DNA of 64,000 nucleotides from an uncultured Bacillota bacterium (GTDB lineage Bacteria; Bacillota_I; Bacilli_A; RF39; UBA660), in contig ONIZ01000001.1 of the NCBI GenBank assembly GCA_900317975.1, positions 135,479 to 199,478 on the forward strand, read 5' to 3'. Each line of letters starts with the position of its first letter. Within the stretch, counting starts at the first letter, position 1. The notes below the pieces were generated by a model. The model had not been told where the DNA came from, made no database searches, and worked only from the letters and a program-made list of their open reading frames with translations. Below, one piece after another: positions 44,601 through 55,200 of the stretch. The translations under genes were made by a program, and so were the position numbers.

Positions 44601-47226
44601 CTATAATATTATTATTTGGACCATGTATAGCATACATATCTCCATTAGCACTAAAATTAGGTAAATAAAAGTTTTTATCAGCAGTTGTTGCTTGAGAATA
44701 TATATTTGTATAATGATTATTTGTACTATATAATCTTATATTACCTCTTGCATTATGTGCACCACCATCAGTTGTGTTTGTTCTATCAACAAATGATATA
44801 TTATTTCCTAATTCAAGTGTTGCAATACCTATAGCTCCATTTGTGCCTGGAGTAACAATATTATTATCATCATCTAATACATTTACAGTTGTTTTTGTAC
44901 CAAGTTGCTGAATATAAAACTTGGCATATTTTGAATTGTAGGAATACAAATGAAATCCGTATTGTCCTCCTAAGGCATTGGTGTTAAGACCTTGAGGAAT
45001 ATTTATTAATACTGAAGTAGCTCCTTCAATATGACTACTTGAATATAAGACATTATCAGAGACAAGTCTTGGGCGTATAGTTCTATTATTATATATAAGT
45101 GTTCCAATGGAATTTCCTGTAACACCAGTAAATGTAATTCTTCCAGCAGAATCATTTATTAATCTTGCAGAATAATTACCTTTATTTACATTATTATATA
45201 GAAAATCAATATATGGAGTTACATATGATAGTTCAATTCTACCAGTTCCAATATATGTTCCCTGTACAGCACCATTTGTAGTAATTTCTCCAGTAGTAGC
45301 ATTTCCAGTAACATTAAATCCGGTACTGCCAACTAATATTCCAGTACTATAATAAGAAAATGACCATCTATTAGCTGACGTTCCTAATGTATAAGCATCA
45401 TTTACTGCAGGATATACATTTCCTTTTATACTCCAATGATTAGATATATTACTAATAAAAGCATCTCCATTATTAGAACCATTTTTTGTTATAAATAAAT
45501 TACCATTATTATTTCCAATAAACCAACTTGTTGTCGAAGTTCCAATATTGCCTATATTATCATTACCACATAAAAGTATTGTTGCCCAATTATTAATCAT
45601 ATGTAAACGGATTCCTTGATTATAATTATTTGCTTGAGCTGTTGGAAATATATTTAATGAACCGTTATTTGTAAAATATGCTATTTTTTTAGCTCCAGTA
45701 GCAGTATAGAAATAAAATTGATCTAAATCATCCGTACCTACAGACCAATTCTTATTATTATTTGATGAATAATTAATACATGCATAAGGTTTATTTGTAT
45801 CTACAGACTTAATACCTAATATATCTCCATTACCATTTATTTGTAATTTTTTAATATTAGGATTCCATGTCAAATAACTATGCGTTTTATATAATTGATT
45901 ACTTTGTGCATTATTAGTGTTTGCTTCATTAGACCACACTATTGGATAATTGGTATTTAATGAATAACTATTAGTTACAATAACATTGGTTACATTATCT
46001 GCTGTTCCTTTTAGCCAGCCTTGAAAATAAGTAGCATATGCTGTAGCAGTTGCTGGATTAACTGTAATACCTGAATTTCTACCAACATAATTAGCAGTAT
46101 TATTTGGAGATTCTGAATATGTAAATAATAATTGATATGTTGATTTATTTCCTGTTCTTTCATATTGAATGACCTTTTCATCAGTATTGGCATCTGTAAC
46201 TGTATCCCAAACAAATTTACTTCCATCATATTTAAGATATGTATTAGAAGATGGCGCATCAATAAATTTAGTTATATTAGGGGCTGATTGGTAAGCTATC
46301 TTATTTGCATCACCACCAGCTATATTTGTAGCTTTACTTGCAGTAGTAGCAGTGTTTGCACTATTTGCACTATTTGCATGATTAGCACTATTAGCATTAT
46401 TTGCATTAATAGCATAAGGTACAGTTACATTAGAACTTTTTATTGTATAATTACCAATTTGAATATATGAATAAACACTATTGCCTGATATCCCAATATA
46501 AGATGTTTGTAATAAATTACTGGCATGAAATCCATCTAACTTATCAGCATTATCAGCATTAGTAGCATGATTAGCATTATTTGCATCAGTAGCATAAGGT
46601 ACAGTTACATTAGAACTTTTTATTCCTGCTCCATTACCAATTTTAACATATGAATAAATACTATTACCTGATACACCAATATAAGATGTTTGTAATAAAT
46701 TACTGGCATGAAATCCATCTAACTTATCAGCATTATCAGCATTAGTAGCATAATTAGCGCTATTTGCATTACCAGCATAAGGTACAGTTATATTAGAACT
46801 TTTTATTGTCTTATTACCAATTTGAATATATGAATAAACATTATTGCCTGACACACCAATATAAGATGTTTGTAATAAAGTATTGGCATGAAATCCATCT
46901 ACTGTATCAGCATCAGTAGCATAAGGTACAGTTATATTACTACTCCTTCCTGCCCCATTGCCAATTTGAACATATGAATAAATATTATTACCTGACACGC
47001 CAATATAAGATGTTTGTAATAAAGTATTGGCGTGAAATCCATCTAACTTATCCGCATTATCAGCATTAATAGCAAACAATGCTTGATTAGCAGTATTAGC
47101 ACTATTGGCACTATTTACATTTAGTAAACTTTCTTTTTTATAACCTCCTCCTCCTAACAAAACATAGGAATTATTTGCACCTCCCGGTATACCACCATGA
47201 TAAGAACCATCTTTGAATTTTCCCAT
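38629..47226 (-). CDS. giant tail fibre (2865 aa) with a C-terminal S74 intramolecular chaperone autoproteolysis domain
   Basis: The last approximately 103 aa are SDKKLKKNIKPISDEF ... TGFIAQELSYVIPEAV ... KKISYLETLI, the endosialidase-chaperone signature (about 38632..38940). There are four N-terminal repeats and several internal large duplications. Confidence 0.85.
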   Translation of the reverse strand: MGKFKDGSYHGGIPGGANNSYVLLGGGGYKKESLLNVNSANSANTANQALFAINADNADKLDGFHANTLLQTSYIGVSGNNIYSYVQIGNGAGRSSNITVPYATDADTVDGFHANTLLQTSYIGVSGNNVYSYIQIGNKTIKSSNITVPYAGNANSANYATNADNADKLDGFHASNLLQTSYIGVSGNSIYSYVKIGNGAGIKSSNVTVPYATDANNANHATNADNADKLDGFHASNLLQTSYIGISGNSVYSYIQIGNYTIKSSNVTVPYAINANNANSANHANSANSANTATTASKATNIAGGDANKIAYQSAPNITKFIDAPSSNTYLKYDGSKFVWDTVTDANTDEKVIQYERTGNKSTYQLLFTYSESPNNTANYVGRNSGITVNPATATAYATYFQGWLKGTADNVTNVIVTNSYSLNTNYPIVWSNEANTNNAQSNQLYKTHSYLTWNPNIKKLQINGNGDILGIKSVDTNKPYACINYSSNNNKNWSVGTDDLDQFYFYTATGAKKIAYFTNNGSLNIFPTAQANNYNQGIRLHMINNWATILLCGNDNIGNIGTSTTSWFIGNNNGNLFITKNGSNNGDAFISNISNHWSIKGNVYPAVNDAYTLGTSANRWSFSYYSTGILVGSTGFNVTGNATTGEITTNGAVQGTYIGTGRIELSYVTPYIDFLYNNVNKGNYSARLINDSAGRITFTGVTGNSIGTLIYNNRTIRPRLVSDNVLYSSSHIEGATSVLINIPQGLNTNALGGQYGFHLYSYNSKYAKFYIQQLGTKTTVNVLDDDNNIVTPGTNGAIGIATLELGNNISFVDRTNTTDGGAHNARGNIRLYSTNNHYTNIYSQATTADKNFYLPNFSANGDMYAIHGPNNNIIGATNRPIYVAENGRATQISYIINSTINNSASANRIAFYSAVNAISPGTGIFTNGSTININGTAVPAQSGKFQVQGLSVFQNITAQTNDAYTIGLTNFRFKSGFFTTSLLVGATNYTATNSAAKGTFINIGSIELSHDTPYIDFHYAYTGLDFSARIINNYKGRLTITGATNTNHDDYEYASRTIKPRLYIDGTTFSPNTFETSSWFLSNMGTVNTSGFVVYGKNNQYGKMTISVLGTASTASKKGTVGEGLLELGNNIVNVETANVSNDNTPVQNGFNNARGVLRLYGTTANYTNVIQYNVGYNKTFYLPSFNADMYAVHAGNNNALGNAFTPIYLSPYGRVAQCTAYAGGTNVTLNGAAKSGTTIIAYAPIVSGTVGQILKSEGPNKAPTWITPTDNNTWRNITVNGTAWKGTATDTGAMNVKNGTSITVSSSNNDLTISHNTLFSGTKASGFYKISYDTQGHIMGSTNVTASDITGLSPYGAEKGITLASNKFGHTNNITAGTAAGSATATLSFGGTFTIPTITYDANGHITSWSTRTMTMPSDSNTDTKVIQTSTTYNYAMPILVRKTANGTSGTADTTYYNTNVKINPATATAYATCFQGALKGNADTATKLGTANKGSATKGIYLAAGVPTEMTYELKSGVATGTATYLTYYKTLNSIEKIPSLWMDETILNGTFKGDLTGTSTFAKYLIYGNGYDGGAGVTNPYHLMAEAKIENNTSTRNITATFLVSGYYERARGILYVQARVESGASTINTSTTHAKWIVKDLHLTPDDFILTTKVTANSLICKLYYKVPAKWYHARIRLLDSGSWAAHSDNWNLFTSSSNTVDNTYIFTTIPADETQFVSEDVTTSLNATNATNVIVNHNITSNTNYPIVWANTRTQTTSTANQLYKSFDYFTWNPGSKTLAVVGITNTNYLGVSYTNLGTTNEGLLTFTPNKVAINFRPGNANYNSKIEYMTNGNEALVFANKNAITSFIFKCGNDLTDSSNWYSSAIEVPTVQMKKQSLYVNTAIDTGTTPSYNLYVTGTSHVEGTSYALSVGDNHTVVYPNAHYFKGPNSGSGAIAIKLPITGYKQATMMKFTVEIYNYVTSRSSTYHINGYVYTDGLWKNTSVYSLRDDLNDYGNLTVRFGHDSGGTRNIVWIGETNTAWSYVRVWLKDIHVGHGGDDYDKWNNGWEIGLETTLSGTVEITKENPAVNYNAANATNATKLSLYEDRYSTTDINKTTLGDGSIISFKVTSSTTSNKPLSDGHILHFNWDNNAGWDAQLFLPTSANASGRMMQIRGQSSGTWGVWKTVFDNYNSITPAINNTYNIGSSTLKWKNVYAYTGIFGGNATQWPIQITRAYNDSVNFRIGSAATSGNESLDMRISNNTSGGGDEVYIDLVNAGQGVSINPKLGVGIRVPAETLDVNGNSYIRGALYLDTQYHKTSYGIHFYNRAYNTWIEYMSNKDKSPGGAAHPAGTVVTSWAMRSIIENAAGYGWIWESSANAAGSAISNMMELSSNTGNLWVKGSITAPSFLGTATTATKLGTASVGNSVQPIYLSSGVPTVTKLYSVVYNSTAAADDYYKIADINLTGTNYRWIKLHVSCGRQSTISGILYVQCNSSSNQYAASAIKFHALSSGLPLDNFKLLYFNGSDSVTFEVWAKLTGRYNSLAFKFIDGGSWGGNGYNYFNLYSSTSAGATALPTTTTIGSNTVNLTGTLNCTLDALASSATSATNAVNATNATNATNATNISGGAKNQLLYQTGAGATGFITAPAKNDANSSYMLSYTAGTFAWIPPKVKQWQTTGNYNYPMLFKYTTATATITDETRFCSSIKANPSTGTITANYFNGLASEADQIYIITASSSTQYYLLGSTSQGSSSGTILSIYAGAPYFKGNDVYSASDKKLKKNIKPISDEFINNIFSSYSNIVKEFDWISSNKHATGFIAQELSYVIPEAVDYSYESYTYSVNYNSALSKLVGALIEKVKEQDKKISYLETLIYGNNR
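46411..47064 (-). repeat. four tandem coding repeats of 48 to 61 aa at the fibre N-terminus
   Basis: NADKLDGFHA(N/S)(T/N)LLQTSYIG(V/I)SGNxxYSY(V/I)(Q/K)IGN ... SSN(I/V)TVPYA occurs four times. The repeats are obvious at DNA level too. Confidence 0.85.
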
Positions 47227-47253
47227 ATATTAAATGTAAAAATAATAAAATTA

Positions 47254-47270
47254 TATATAATTAAAAATAA
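47254..47270 (-). promoter_or_regulatory. motif A, copy 5
   Basis: Exact 17-mer, 27 nt upstream of the ATG at 47226. Confidence 0.5.
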
Positions 47271-47284
47271 AATTCAGTTTTCTA

Positions 47285-47306
47285 TTTAACTATATTTATA
47301 TATAAA
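47285..47306 (+). promoter_or_regulatory. motif B, copy 4
   Basis: tttaACTATatttatatataaa. The flank tctattt is shared with copy 1. Confidence 0.45.
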
Positions 47307-47345
47307 GATAAATAAAGATAAATATATTTTAATAGATATTAACGT

Positions 47346-48116
47346 ATGAAAATCTACAATTCATTTGGTATTAAACCAACAAATACTTATGTGTCAGCAG
47401 GTTCTGACTATTATATCCCAAATATCAAGACAGAAGAGCAAAAAGAAAGAGCATTGAAAGCGTTTGAAAAGTCTTATAAGAAAACAACAGATGAAATTAA
47501 TGAAATATATGATGTTATTTATAAGGCAATTGAAGATACACATATAGATCAATCTCAAGTAACTAATCTTGTTCATCTTTATTTAGCATTCTATAATCCA
47601 GTAATTGAAGCACTTGATAAACTAGAAGACAATATTGATTATTTTATTAAACAGCATGTTCTTTATGATGAAAAGAAAAAAGTAGTAGGATTGAAAATGG
47701 ATCTTAATGATACTTTGTTTATCAATTCAGGAATTAAGATTGCTTTAGATACTGTTCTTAGTGATCATGTAGCTCCTAATAGTTCAGCAACAGTAAATGA
47801 TTTGAGATTGCTTGGTATTGGTATTGCTGGTCTTTATGTAAACAAATCAGGAAAGGGAAATGCTGGATTTGATGTACGTAGCTGCTTGGTGGATGAAGAT
47901 TATTCTGGATTTGTTCATTTATCAATGGCTTATACAAAAGATTTAATCACACAAGGAGAAAACTATATATATTGTGGAGATAAATTAGTTCAAATGATGC
48001 TTATTCCAGTTTTCCATACTCAATATGAAGAAATTGATGAGAATGAATATAATAAAATAATGAGTGAATCGGAAAGAGGAGATGGTGGATTTGGTAGTTC
48101 AGATATCAAGCATTAA
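47346..48116 (+). CDS. dut: trimeric-type dUTPase-superfamily enzyme with a large insertion between motifs I and II
   Basis: Motif I SAGSDYYIP, motif II FDVRSCL, motif III VDEDYSGFV, motif IV GDKLVQMMLIPV, motif V RGDGGFGSSD. An insertion of about 110 aa follows motif I. Confidence 0.75.
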   Translation: MKIYNSFGIKPTNTYVSAGSDYYIPNIKTEEQKERALKAFEKSYKKTTDEINEIYDVIYKAIEDTHIDQSQVTNLVHLYLAFYNPVIEALDKLEDNIDYFIKQHVLYDEKKKVVGLKMDLNDTLFINSGIKIALDTVLSDHVAPNSSATVNDLRLLGIGIAGLYVNKSGKGNAGFDVRSCLVDEDYSGFVHLSMAYTKDLITQGENYIYCGDKLVQMMLIPVFHTQYEEIDENEYNKIMSESERGDGGFGSSDIKH

Positions 48117-48161
48117 ATTATTTTAAGTTTTTTCTTAATATTTAATTGAAATAATCTTAAT

Positions 48162-48180
48162 ATGTTACTATATTGATATT
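48162..48180 (+). promoter_or_regulatory. motif B, copy 8
   Basis: atgttACTATattgatatt, about 20 nt upstream of the ATG at 48201. Confidence 0.4.
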
Positions 48181-48200
48181 GTAATTAAAATATTAAGATT

Positions 48201-48572
48201 ATGAAAGTTCTTTTTATTAATGTATTTCGGCCAGCTGATTTCCCAGATTGTACAAACAATGGTCTTTCGGCAAGAGTAAGTAATGCAGAATTGTTTATGG
48301 ATTGCTCGCATTCTGAAGCAATTGAATGGTGTAAAGAACATCATAAGGATCCAGCCAAACAGTTTATTTTAATTAATAGAAGTCTTTGGGGAGAAGATCA
48401 TTCTTATGCTGAACCGTTGATCAAGCCTTCAAATAGGATGCAAGTCTTTGGTGGTAATTTCCTTTATACATCAGATTCAAGAATGTACAAGACAGGAGGA
48501 GTAGCTAAATTGCCAATTCCCATTCATGACAGATTTGAGACTTATGAAGAATTCGATGCATTAAGTAGATAG
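48201..48572 (+). CDS. hypothetical protein
   Basis: 123-aa ORF. Confidence 0.5.
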   Translation: MKVLFINVFRPADFPDCTNNGLSARVSNAELFMDCSHSEAIEWCKEHHKDPAKQFILINRSLWGEDHSYAEPLIKPSNRMQVFGGNFLYTSDSRMYKTGGVAKLPIPIHDRFETYEEFDALSR

Positions 48573-48584
48573 ACATATATACAA

Positions 48585-48618
48585 CAGAAAAGAAGAAGCT
48601 AGTCTTCTTCTTTTTCTG
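48585..48618. terminator. bidirectional stem-loop that overlaps the stop of the minus-strand gene
   Basis: cagaaaagaagaag pairs with cttcttctttttctg, with one bulge. Loop is ctagt. Confidence 0.5.
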
Positions 48619-49225
48619 TGTCTATAAATACAAAATCTAGATTTGAATATTTTATTTCTACTTTGAATGTTTGTGATTGTGCTAATGGAACATTATAGTT
48701 AAGATCTAGCATATCTATACCATTTATTACAGGATCATATACAATTATTTTTGAGTATATTTCTCCAATATTGTTGAATATATTTATAGATATCTGATCA
48801 GGCATTTCTTTATATTCTGTATCTCTTGAATATTGATAGAAGAAGTTTTCAAACATCAAGAAATAGTTCACATACCCAAGTGTATGCCTGAATATGATGT
48901 TCAATGTCTTGTCAATTAAAGCTATAGGGTTCTTTTCTGCTCTATATGTGTATTCTGAAGATGTATGCATGAATTGATTTGGCTTCTTTCTCCATTCTTT
49001 TCTAATAGGCTCTCCAGTACCAGTCTGTTGCTGTTGTACTGTTCCTTCATTAAACCCTAATATTTGCACTGATTGAATGGTCTCATTAAGAAAATCAATA
49101 GGTCTATATAGATAACTTTTGTTCTTACTAATGATCTTACTATACTTTTCATTCAATTCTGGTGCTATGAAATTATCTGGTAACTTCAATTCAAAAAGAT
49201 CTTGTCTTCCGGGTAATGTAAACAT
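48599..49225 (-). CDS. hypothetical tail-associated protein (immediately downstream of the tape-measure-like gene)
   Basis: 208-aa ORF, assigned by position only. Confidence 0.5.
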   Translation of the reverse strand: MFTLPGRQDLFELKLPDNFIAPELNEKYSKIISKNKSYLYRPIDFLNETIQSVQILGFNEGTVQQQQTGTGEPIRKEWRKKPNQFMHTSSEYTYRAEKNPIALIDKTLNIIFRHTLGYVNYFLMFENFFYQYSRDTEYKEMPDQISINIFNNIGEIYSKIIVYDPVINGIDMLDLNYNVPLAQSQTFKVEIKYSNLDFVFIDTEKEED

Positions 49226-49257
49226 ATTTTATTATATTATCTTCTTATATTTATATT

Positions 49258-52200
49258 TTAGTGTTTGCCCTGGCCATTTGCTTTATTTTTAATATTGTAC
49301 TTATTTGCATCTTGTGCTTGTTTCGCGCTATCAGGGGTTGTTCCACCTTGTCCGTTTGGGTTATTTGGAGGAACTACCTTAATTGGATTACCTGGTGTGC
49401 TTCCTCCTGTATCTCCTCCTTCATCTCCATTATCAGGGTTTGGTGTATCATCAGGTGCTTGTGATTTGACCACAATATTCAATGGTTGCTGTATAAGTGT
49501 TTGAACATTCTTGATAGCTTCTGTAATCTTGCTATGACGACGGATTTGGATTTCATCTGCCTTATTAATTGTTTCTTTAGATTCTTCAAGTCTATTTGCA
49601 AGTTCATTCAATACATAACTTAATCTATTAGCTAATGCATCTGTCAAATTATCTAAGTTACCCATCTTCTTAGCAAGTTCATTCAATTCTCTTACTAATT
49701 GAGTTAAAGCATTTGTTCTTCGAAGATCTATACTATTTATAGTCTTTACATATTTTGCTAATAGATCAGTATTTGCTTTGAATGTATTAGTGCTCTTTTG
49801 ACTAGACATTGAACTGTATATTTGTTCAATTGATATTCTCAATGTAGATGCATTCATCAATGCCATTGGATTGAATCTAATTACAGTATCAATATATTTT
49901 CCTAATGATTCACTAACAATATCTAGATTTGTCTTGCCCCATGATGTCTCTATATCTATGTCAAATACCTTTGCTAAATTTGTTAAGTTTTGTTGTAATG
50001 CAGATATAATGGTTGGTTCTATTTTCTTAGAATTTTCCATTGTTACCACTATTTGGTCAATTGCTGCTTTAAAATTATTTATAGAGTCAATTGTATTTTT
50101 ATTGACCGATAACTTAATACCAGTCAACAATGTATTTAATGTAGCATTAACAGTATTAATATCTATCAATACATTCTTTAATAATGAATTATCTGCCTCC
50201 CATGTTCTAAATAATGTCAATATTGGATCATAGAATTTTTCTAATATGTCAGTTATGATATTGGTTCCCTTTTTATTATCTTTAATGTAATTAATCTTTG
50301 CCAAATCAATCTTCCCAGTATAAGAATCAATTATTTCTGCAGATATATCAATTATTTCTTGTACAGTATCAGCAACATCTTGTAAAGAATTGACTATTAT
50401 TTGATTGCTTTCTTCATTTTGCTTACGAACATTTTCATTATATAGTTGTTTAATTGTTTGATCTGCTGATTGTCCAGATATAAGATCTTGTAGTTTTACA
50501 AATGAAATGAAAATATCATGTATATCAGCAAATAGTCCTATTGTAGATTCAATATTTGCTTTTGATTGTTGTTTATATTTGAATAACTGAGATATAACAT
50601 CTGTATTTTCAAGTATTGGTTTGAAACTATTGATGACTGACTTTATTGTTGTTGTTATTTCAGTAATTGCTGACTGTATTTGAGCAGATGTATTTATAAG
50701 ATTCTTTAATGTGACATCATCAATTGCTATTGCCTTTTCATTCTTTGCGGTATCTTCATCAAATATTGTCAATAGACTTGATATTATGTGTCTTGCTTTT
50801 GATTTTGCTTGTGTTATTTGATCTTCTTTAAATGAAATATATCCTTTAGCATTTCCATCTTTGTCATAGCCATTAGCAATCTTCATTTCTGCTATTTCTT
50901 TTAATGTGTTTGCAGATTTTTTGATGATTTTGTTGATTGAATCATTTACATGAAGTATGCCTGGTAATTTTTGATCAATTTGTTGCTTTTGTAAAGTATC
51001 GTATGATGATATTAAGCTTTTTCCTATAGAAGTTATCATATCAGGAATTGTTTTCTTAATATTGTCAATAACAGTTTTGATATTTATCTTTTCATATTCT
51101 ATGACTTGGCCCTGATCATTTATTTTCTTAGGTATTTGGGCTGTTCCAATCTTTACAACAGAATCAACAATATTTGCAACTATTTTAGTAATACCAGATA
51201 TTGAAGAAACAGCTTGACCAAATAATGAGTCTTTACCTTCTTTGAACAAATGCGGGTTCTTTTCTACAACACCTATTAATGTAGTTGATACTGAAGTAAC
51301 TATTTGTTTTATTGTTGTTGATAAAGCTGTTTGTATTTCAGTCATATTAAGTTTTTCCCATTTATCTGGTTGACCAGTCTTAGGATCATAATGAGATGGA
51401 ACTAATGCATTAGCAATCTTTACAATTGCATCGGTAGTATTACTTACAATCTTAGATATACCACTAACAGAATCAACAACTTCCTTAAGATTACCTGTTG
51501 GTTGATTATCAGCAGTAAATAAGAATTGCTTATATGGATTTTTACTAAATGTATCTACTAATGCTTTTCCGATACCAATTGCAATTGCAGCAACATTAAT
51601 AGCAGCATTTTTGTAATCATCCTCTTTCATTTCTCTGAATTCAATTGGCTTACCTGTCTTAGGATCCCATTTATAAGGTATTTGATTATTTGCTAACTTT
51701 ATTATTCCATCAGCCATTCCTGAAACAAGTTCATTAACTGGCATAATAGATTCTAATACAGTCTTCATTGTACCATCAGTAAATCTTTCATCACCAGCAT
51801 ATTTTACTAATGAATCTAATATGCTTGTAATGATAGAACCAATAGCTTCTCCTGATGCTCTAAAATCTTCCGGTGTTACATCAACATAACTAATTGGATG
51901 TCCTTTATCATCCCAATCATTAGGAACTTGTAGTTTTGCTATATCTTTTATTCCCTTACCGACATTTGCTATTAGTTCAGATACTTTGAATGATGTTTCT
52001 ACAACTGTTCCTATTTTTGAATTTTTCTTTCCTATTCCAAATACACCATCATTACCATCAAATAATGAGCCTACTGTTATGCCATCTTCTCCATCAATTG
52101 GTTTATAATATAGGTTAGCTAATGAAGAAATAACTGCAGTCAATATATTTCCTACGCTTTTGCCCATATCATTAAAATCATTACTATTTAATGTTTTATA

Positions 52201-55200
52201 TTCAGTTGGGTGTCCCTTATCATCCCAATCTATAGGAATTTGTAGTTTTGCAATATCTTTGATGCCTTGTCCAACATTTCCAATTAATTCAGAAATTCTA
52301 AATGACAAATCAATAACTTGAGATATCTTTGATTTTGTAGCACCTAATCCAAATAATCCATTAGAATCTCCAGCAAGTAAATTATCCCATTCTGCTTTTG
52401 ATATACCTGAATTATTATCATTCAAAAATTCACCACTGGCAATCTTTCCTAATGTAGTAAACATTGTTGTGAGTACTGTTGTAATGTTTGTTCCTGCATC
52501 AGTAAAATCTTTTTTCCTTAATTGTCTAAATGATATTGGTTTTCCTTGATCATTCCATTCAATAGGTATTTGTAGTTGAGCAATATTTCCAACAGCTTCA
52601 CCAACAGAACTTATTACTTTACTAACCTTCATTGACAAATTCATTATTCTAGATAATGGATCTTCACCAATCAATCCTAATACAAATGAATTTGCAAAAC
52701 TAAATCCAGAACCTTCTAATTCAGTATAAACCTTATTAAGTTCTTTAACCATTGTTGTCAATATTGTTCCAACATGCTGACCAGCTAAATCAAAATCAGT
52801 TTCTCGTAATTGTCTATATCTAACAATATTTCCTTTTTCATCCCATTCAGCTGGGATTTGAAGTTTTGCTATTTCATAAATTGATTTTCCAACTGTTCCT
52901 GTGATATATGCTATCTTTCTTGATATTGACATTAAGTAAAGAAGTTTCATTTCCATCTTACCTGCACCAACAACTTTACCAATTGCTTTTCCAATCCAAT
53001 TATTACCAACAGCATTAGCAATTTCGCTATCTGATGGCATTGAGACTTTATTTGGAATATTCATGAAGTTTTCAATATTTGAAGATATTGTATCTATTCC
53101 AGATTTTAGATCAATGTTTTGTATTGACTTAACTGCTTCTGCCATCATTGAGACAGTATCTGTTATTCCTCTTATAGTTCTTCTAATAGGTATTACACTA
53201 AATGCGGTTGCTACAGCAATAGGAGCAATTTTAGATATTCCTTCAAACAATTTGAGCATTGAACCAGCCTTAGGATCTTTATTTGTAACAGTCAAAGACA
53301 ATTTATTGATACTATCTGTTATAGTATTTCCATGTTTCTTCATGATGTCATTAACATAAGCAATAGAACTACCATAGATGAACAGTATTTCACCCATAGC
53401 TATTAATGTAGCTCCACCTGCCGCAACTGGAATACCGATTAATGGATTTGCTACAAGTGAACCAATTGCCCAGAAGAATGCCCCATAAGCTCCAACAGAA
53501 GCAACAAATAAAGCCATGTTAGCAAAAAATTCTCCAAAACTTATTTCATTGAAAAGACTATTTAGATAGAATAATGAACTGCCATATATTGCAAGAGTGA
53601 GACTCATAAGAATAAGTATACCATTAGCAAGTAGCATATCTGTTTTGTCTATGCCTTTAGCTGCTAATGACATTAATTTAAGTGTACCAACCATTATAAG
53701 TTCCATAAGGCCAACCTTAGCAACCGTATCAAATCCTATTTTCATTTGATCAATCAACCAAACTACTCCGCTAAATACTCCTAATGATAGACTTATTTCG
53801 CCAATTATTATTGATGCTTCTCTAACTTCCTTTTCTTTTAATGATATCTTAGATTTTCCTGTTAACAACTCATAGAATTTACCTAAAGCAAACATTAATG
53901 CTGTCATGACTGCAACTTTTACAAGAACCAATGCTTCTGTAGGATCCTCAAATGGGAACATCTCATCAATAGCTTTTACAACACCAGCAAATATAAGTAA
54001 TGATCCAGATATGAGAGCTAATGTTTTTGCTCCTTCTTGTACATCCTTCTGGTGTTCATCAAGTGTCTTCATTATAGCTATTATTGACCATGTAAATCCT
54101 GCTAATAAAGCAGCATAGCCACCAACAACTAATGGTCCATATTGACTCATAAATGTCGCACCACTTAAGATGATGAAATGCATAGCACCAACAAATAGCA
54201 TGAATCCCATAAGTCCTGATCCCTTGGTTGCTGAAGTAAGAGATCCCGCTATGCCACCTTTACTTATTCCCATTACAGATAAAGTCTTGATTGCCTGAAT
54301 AGCAGCAATTGGAATTAGCATCATATCAACAAAGGCAGTAATAAGACCAGCATAAAGAATTGCAGATCCCCAGGCATTAGCAGTCTTCATATATGCTGTA
54401 CCTGTCAATAGAATACCATGCATTACTGCAACAAACAAGGAGAATGGTTTAAGACTATCTAAAGCCCTTTTATCAAAACCATCTGTTATTCTTTTAGAAG
54501 CTAATCCCATACCAGCAATAAATCCATCAAATACTGCCGCGTATTCAGCACCAGCTAGTACTCCGTATTTCTTTGTAAACAATATACCTGTTGTCAATAT
54601 ACCATGCATTGTTGCTAAGAATATTGAGAACGGTTTGAGACTATCTAATGTTTTCTTGTTAAATAATTCAATAATTGTTTCGGATACTTTACCCATGTAT
54701 TTAATGAATCCTAACAATACAGTAGCATATTCAATAGCAGCCAATGCTCCAAATTTCTTTATGAATGTTGCCCCCATTACTAAGCATCCTGTACAAACAG
54801 CAAGGAATAGACTAAATTGCTCCATTTGAGCTGCAGTAGAAGATTTAAGTAATGAATTGATTGGCTTTGTTGCAGCAATAACACCAACAATAAATAATGC
54901 TAATAGTTTTGTATAGTCTAAAGCATATTTTGCCATCATGCCGTTCTTCATTGACATAAACAATGACCCTACTAATAGGCATGTTGTAGTGGTGAACATA
55001 AATAATGCAAATGTCTTTAATGATGCTAATGCCGTTCCCTTTACAAGATTAAACAATAAGAATGGAGCAATTACACCAGCTTCAAATAGCATCAATAATC
55101 CTGTAAATTCTAATGCCGCTTTAACATATTTGCCTCCCTTCAATTCCATGAACAAAGCACCAACTAGTAAAATGATTGTACAAGATACAATTACAGAATT

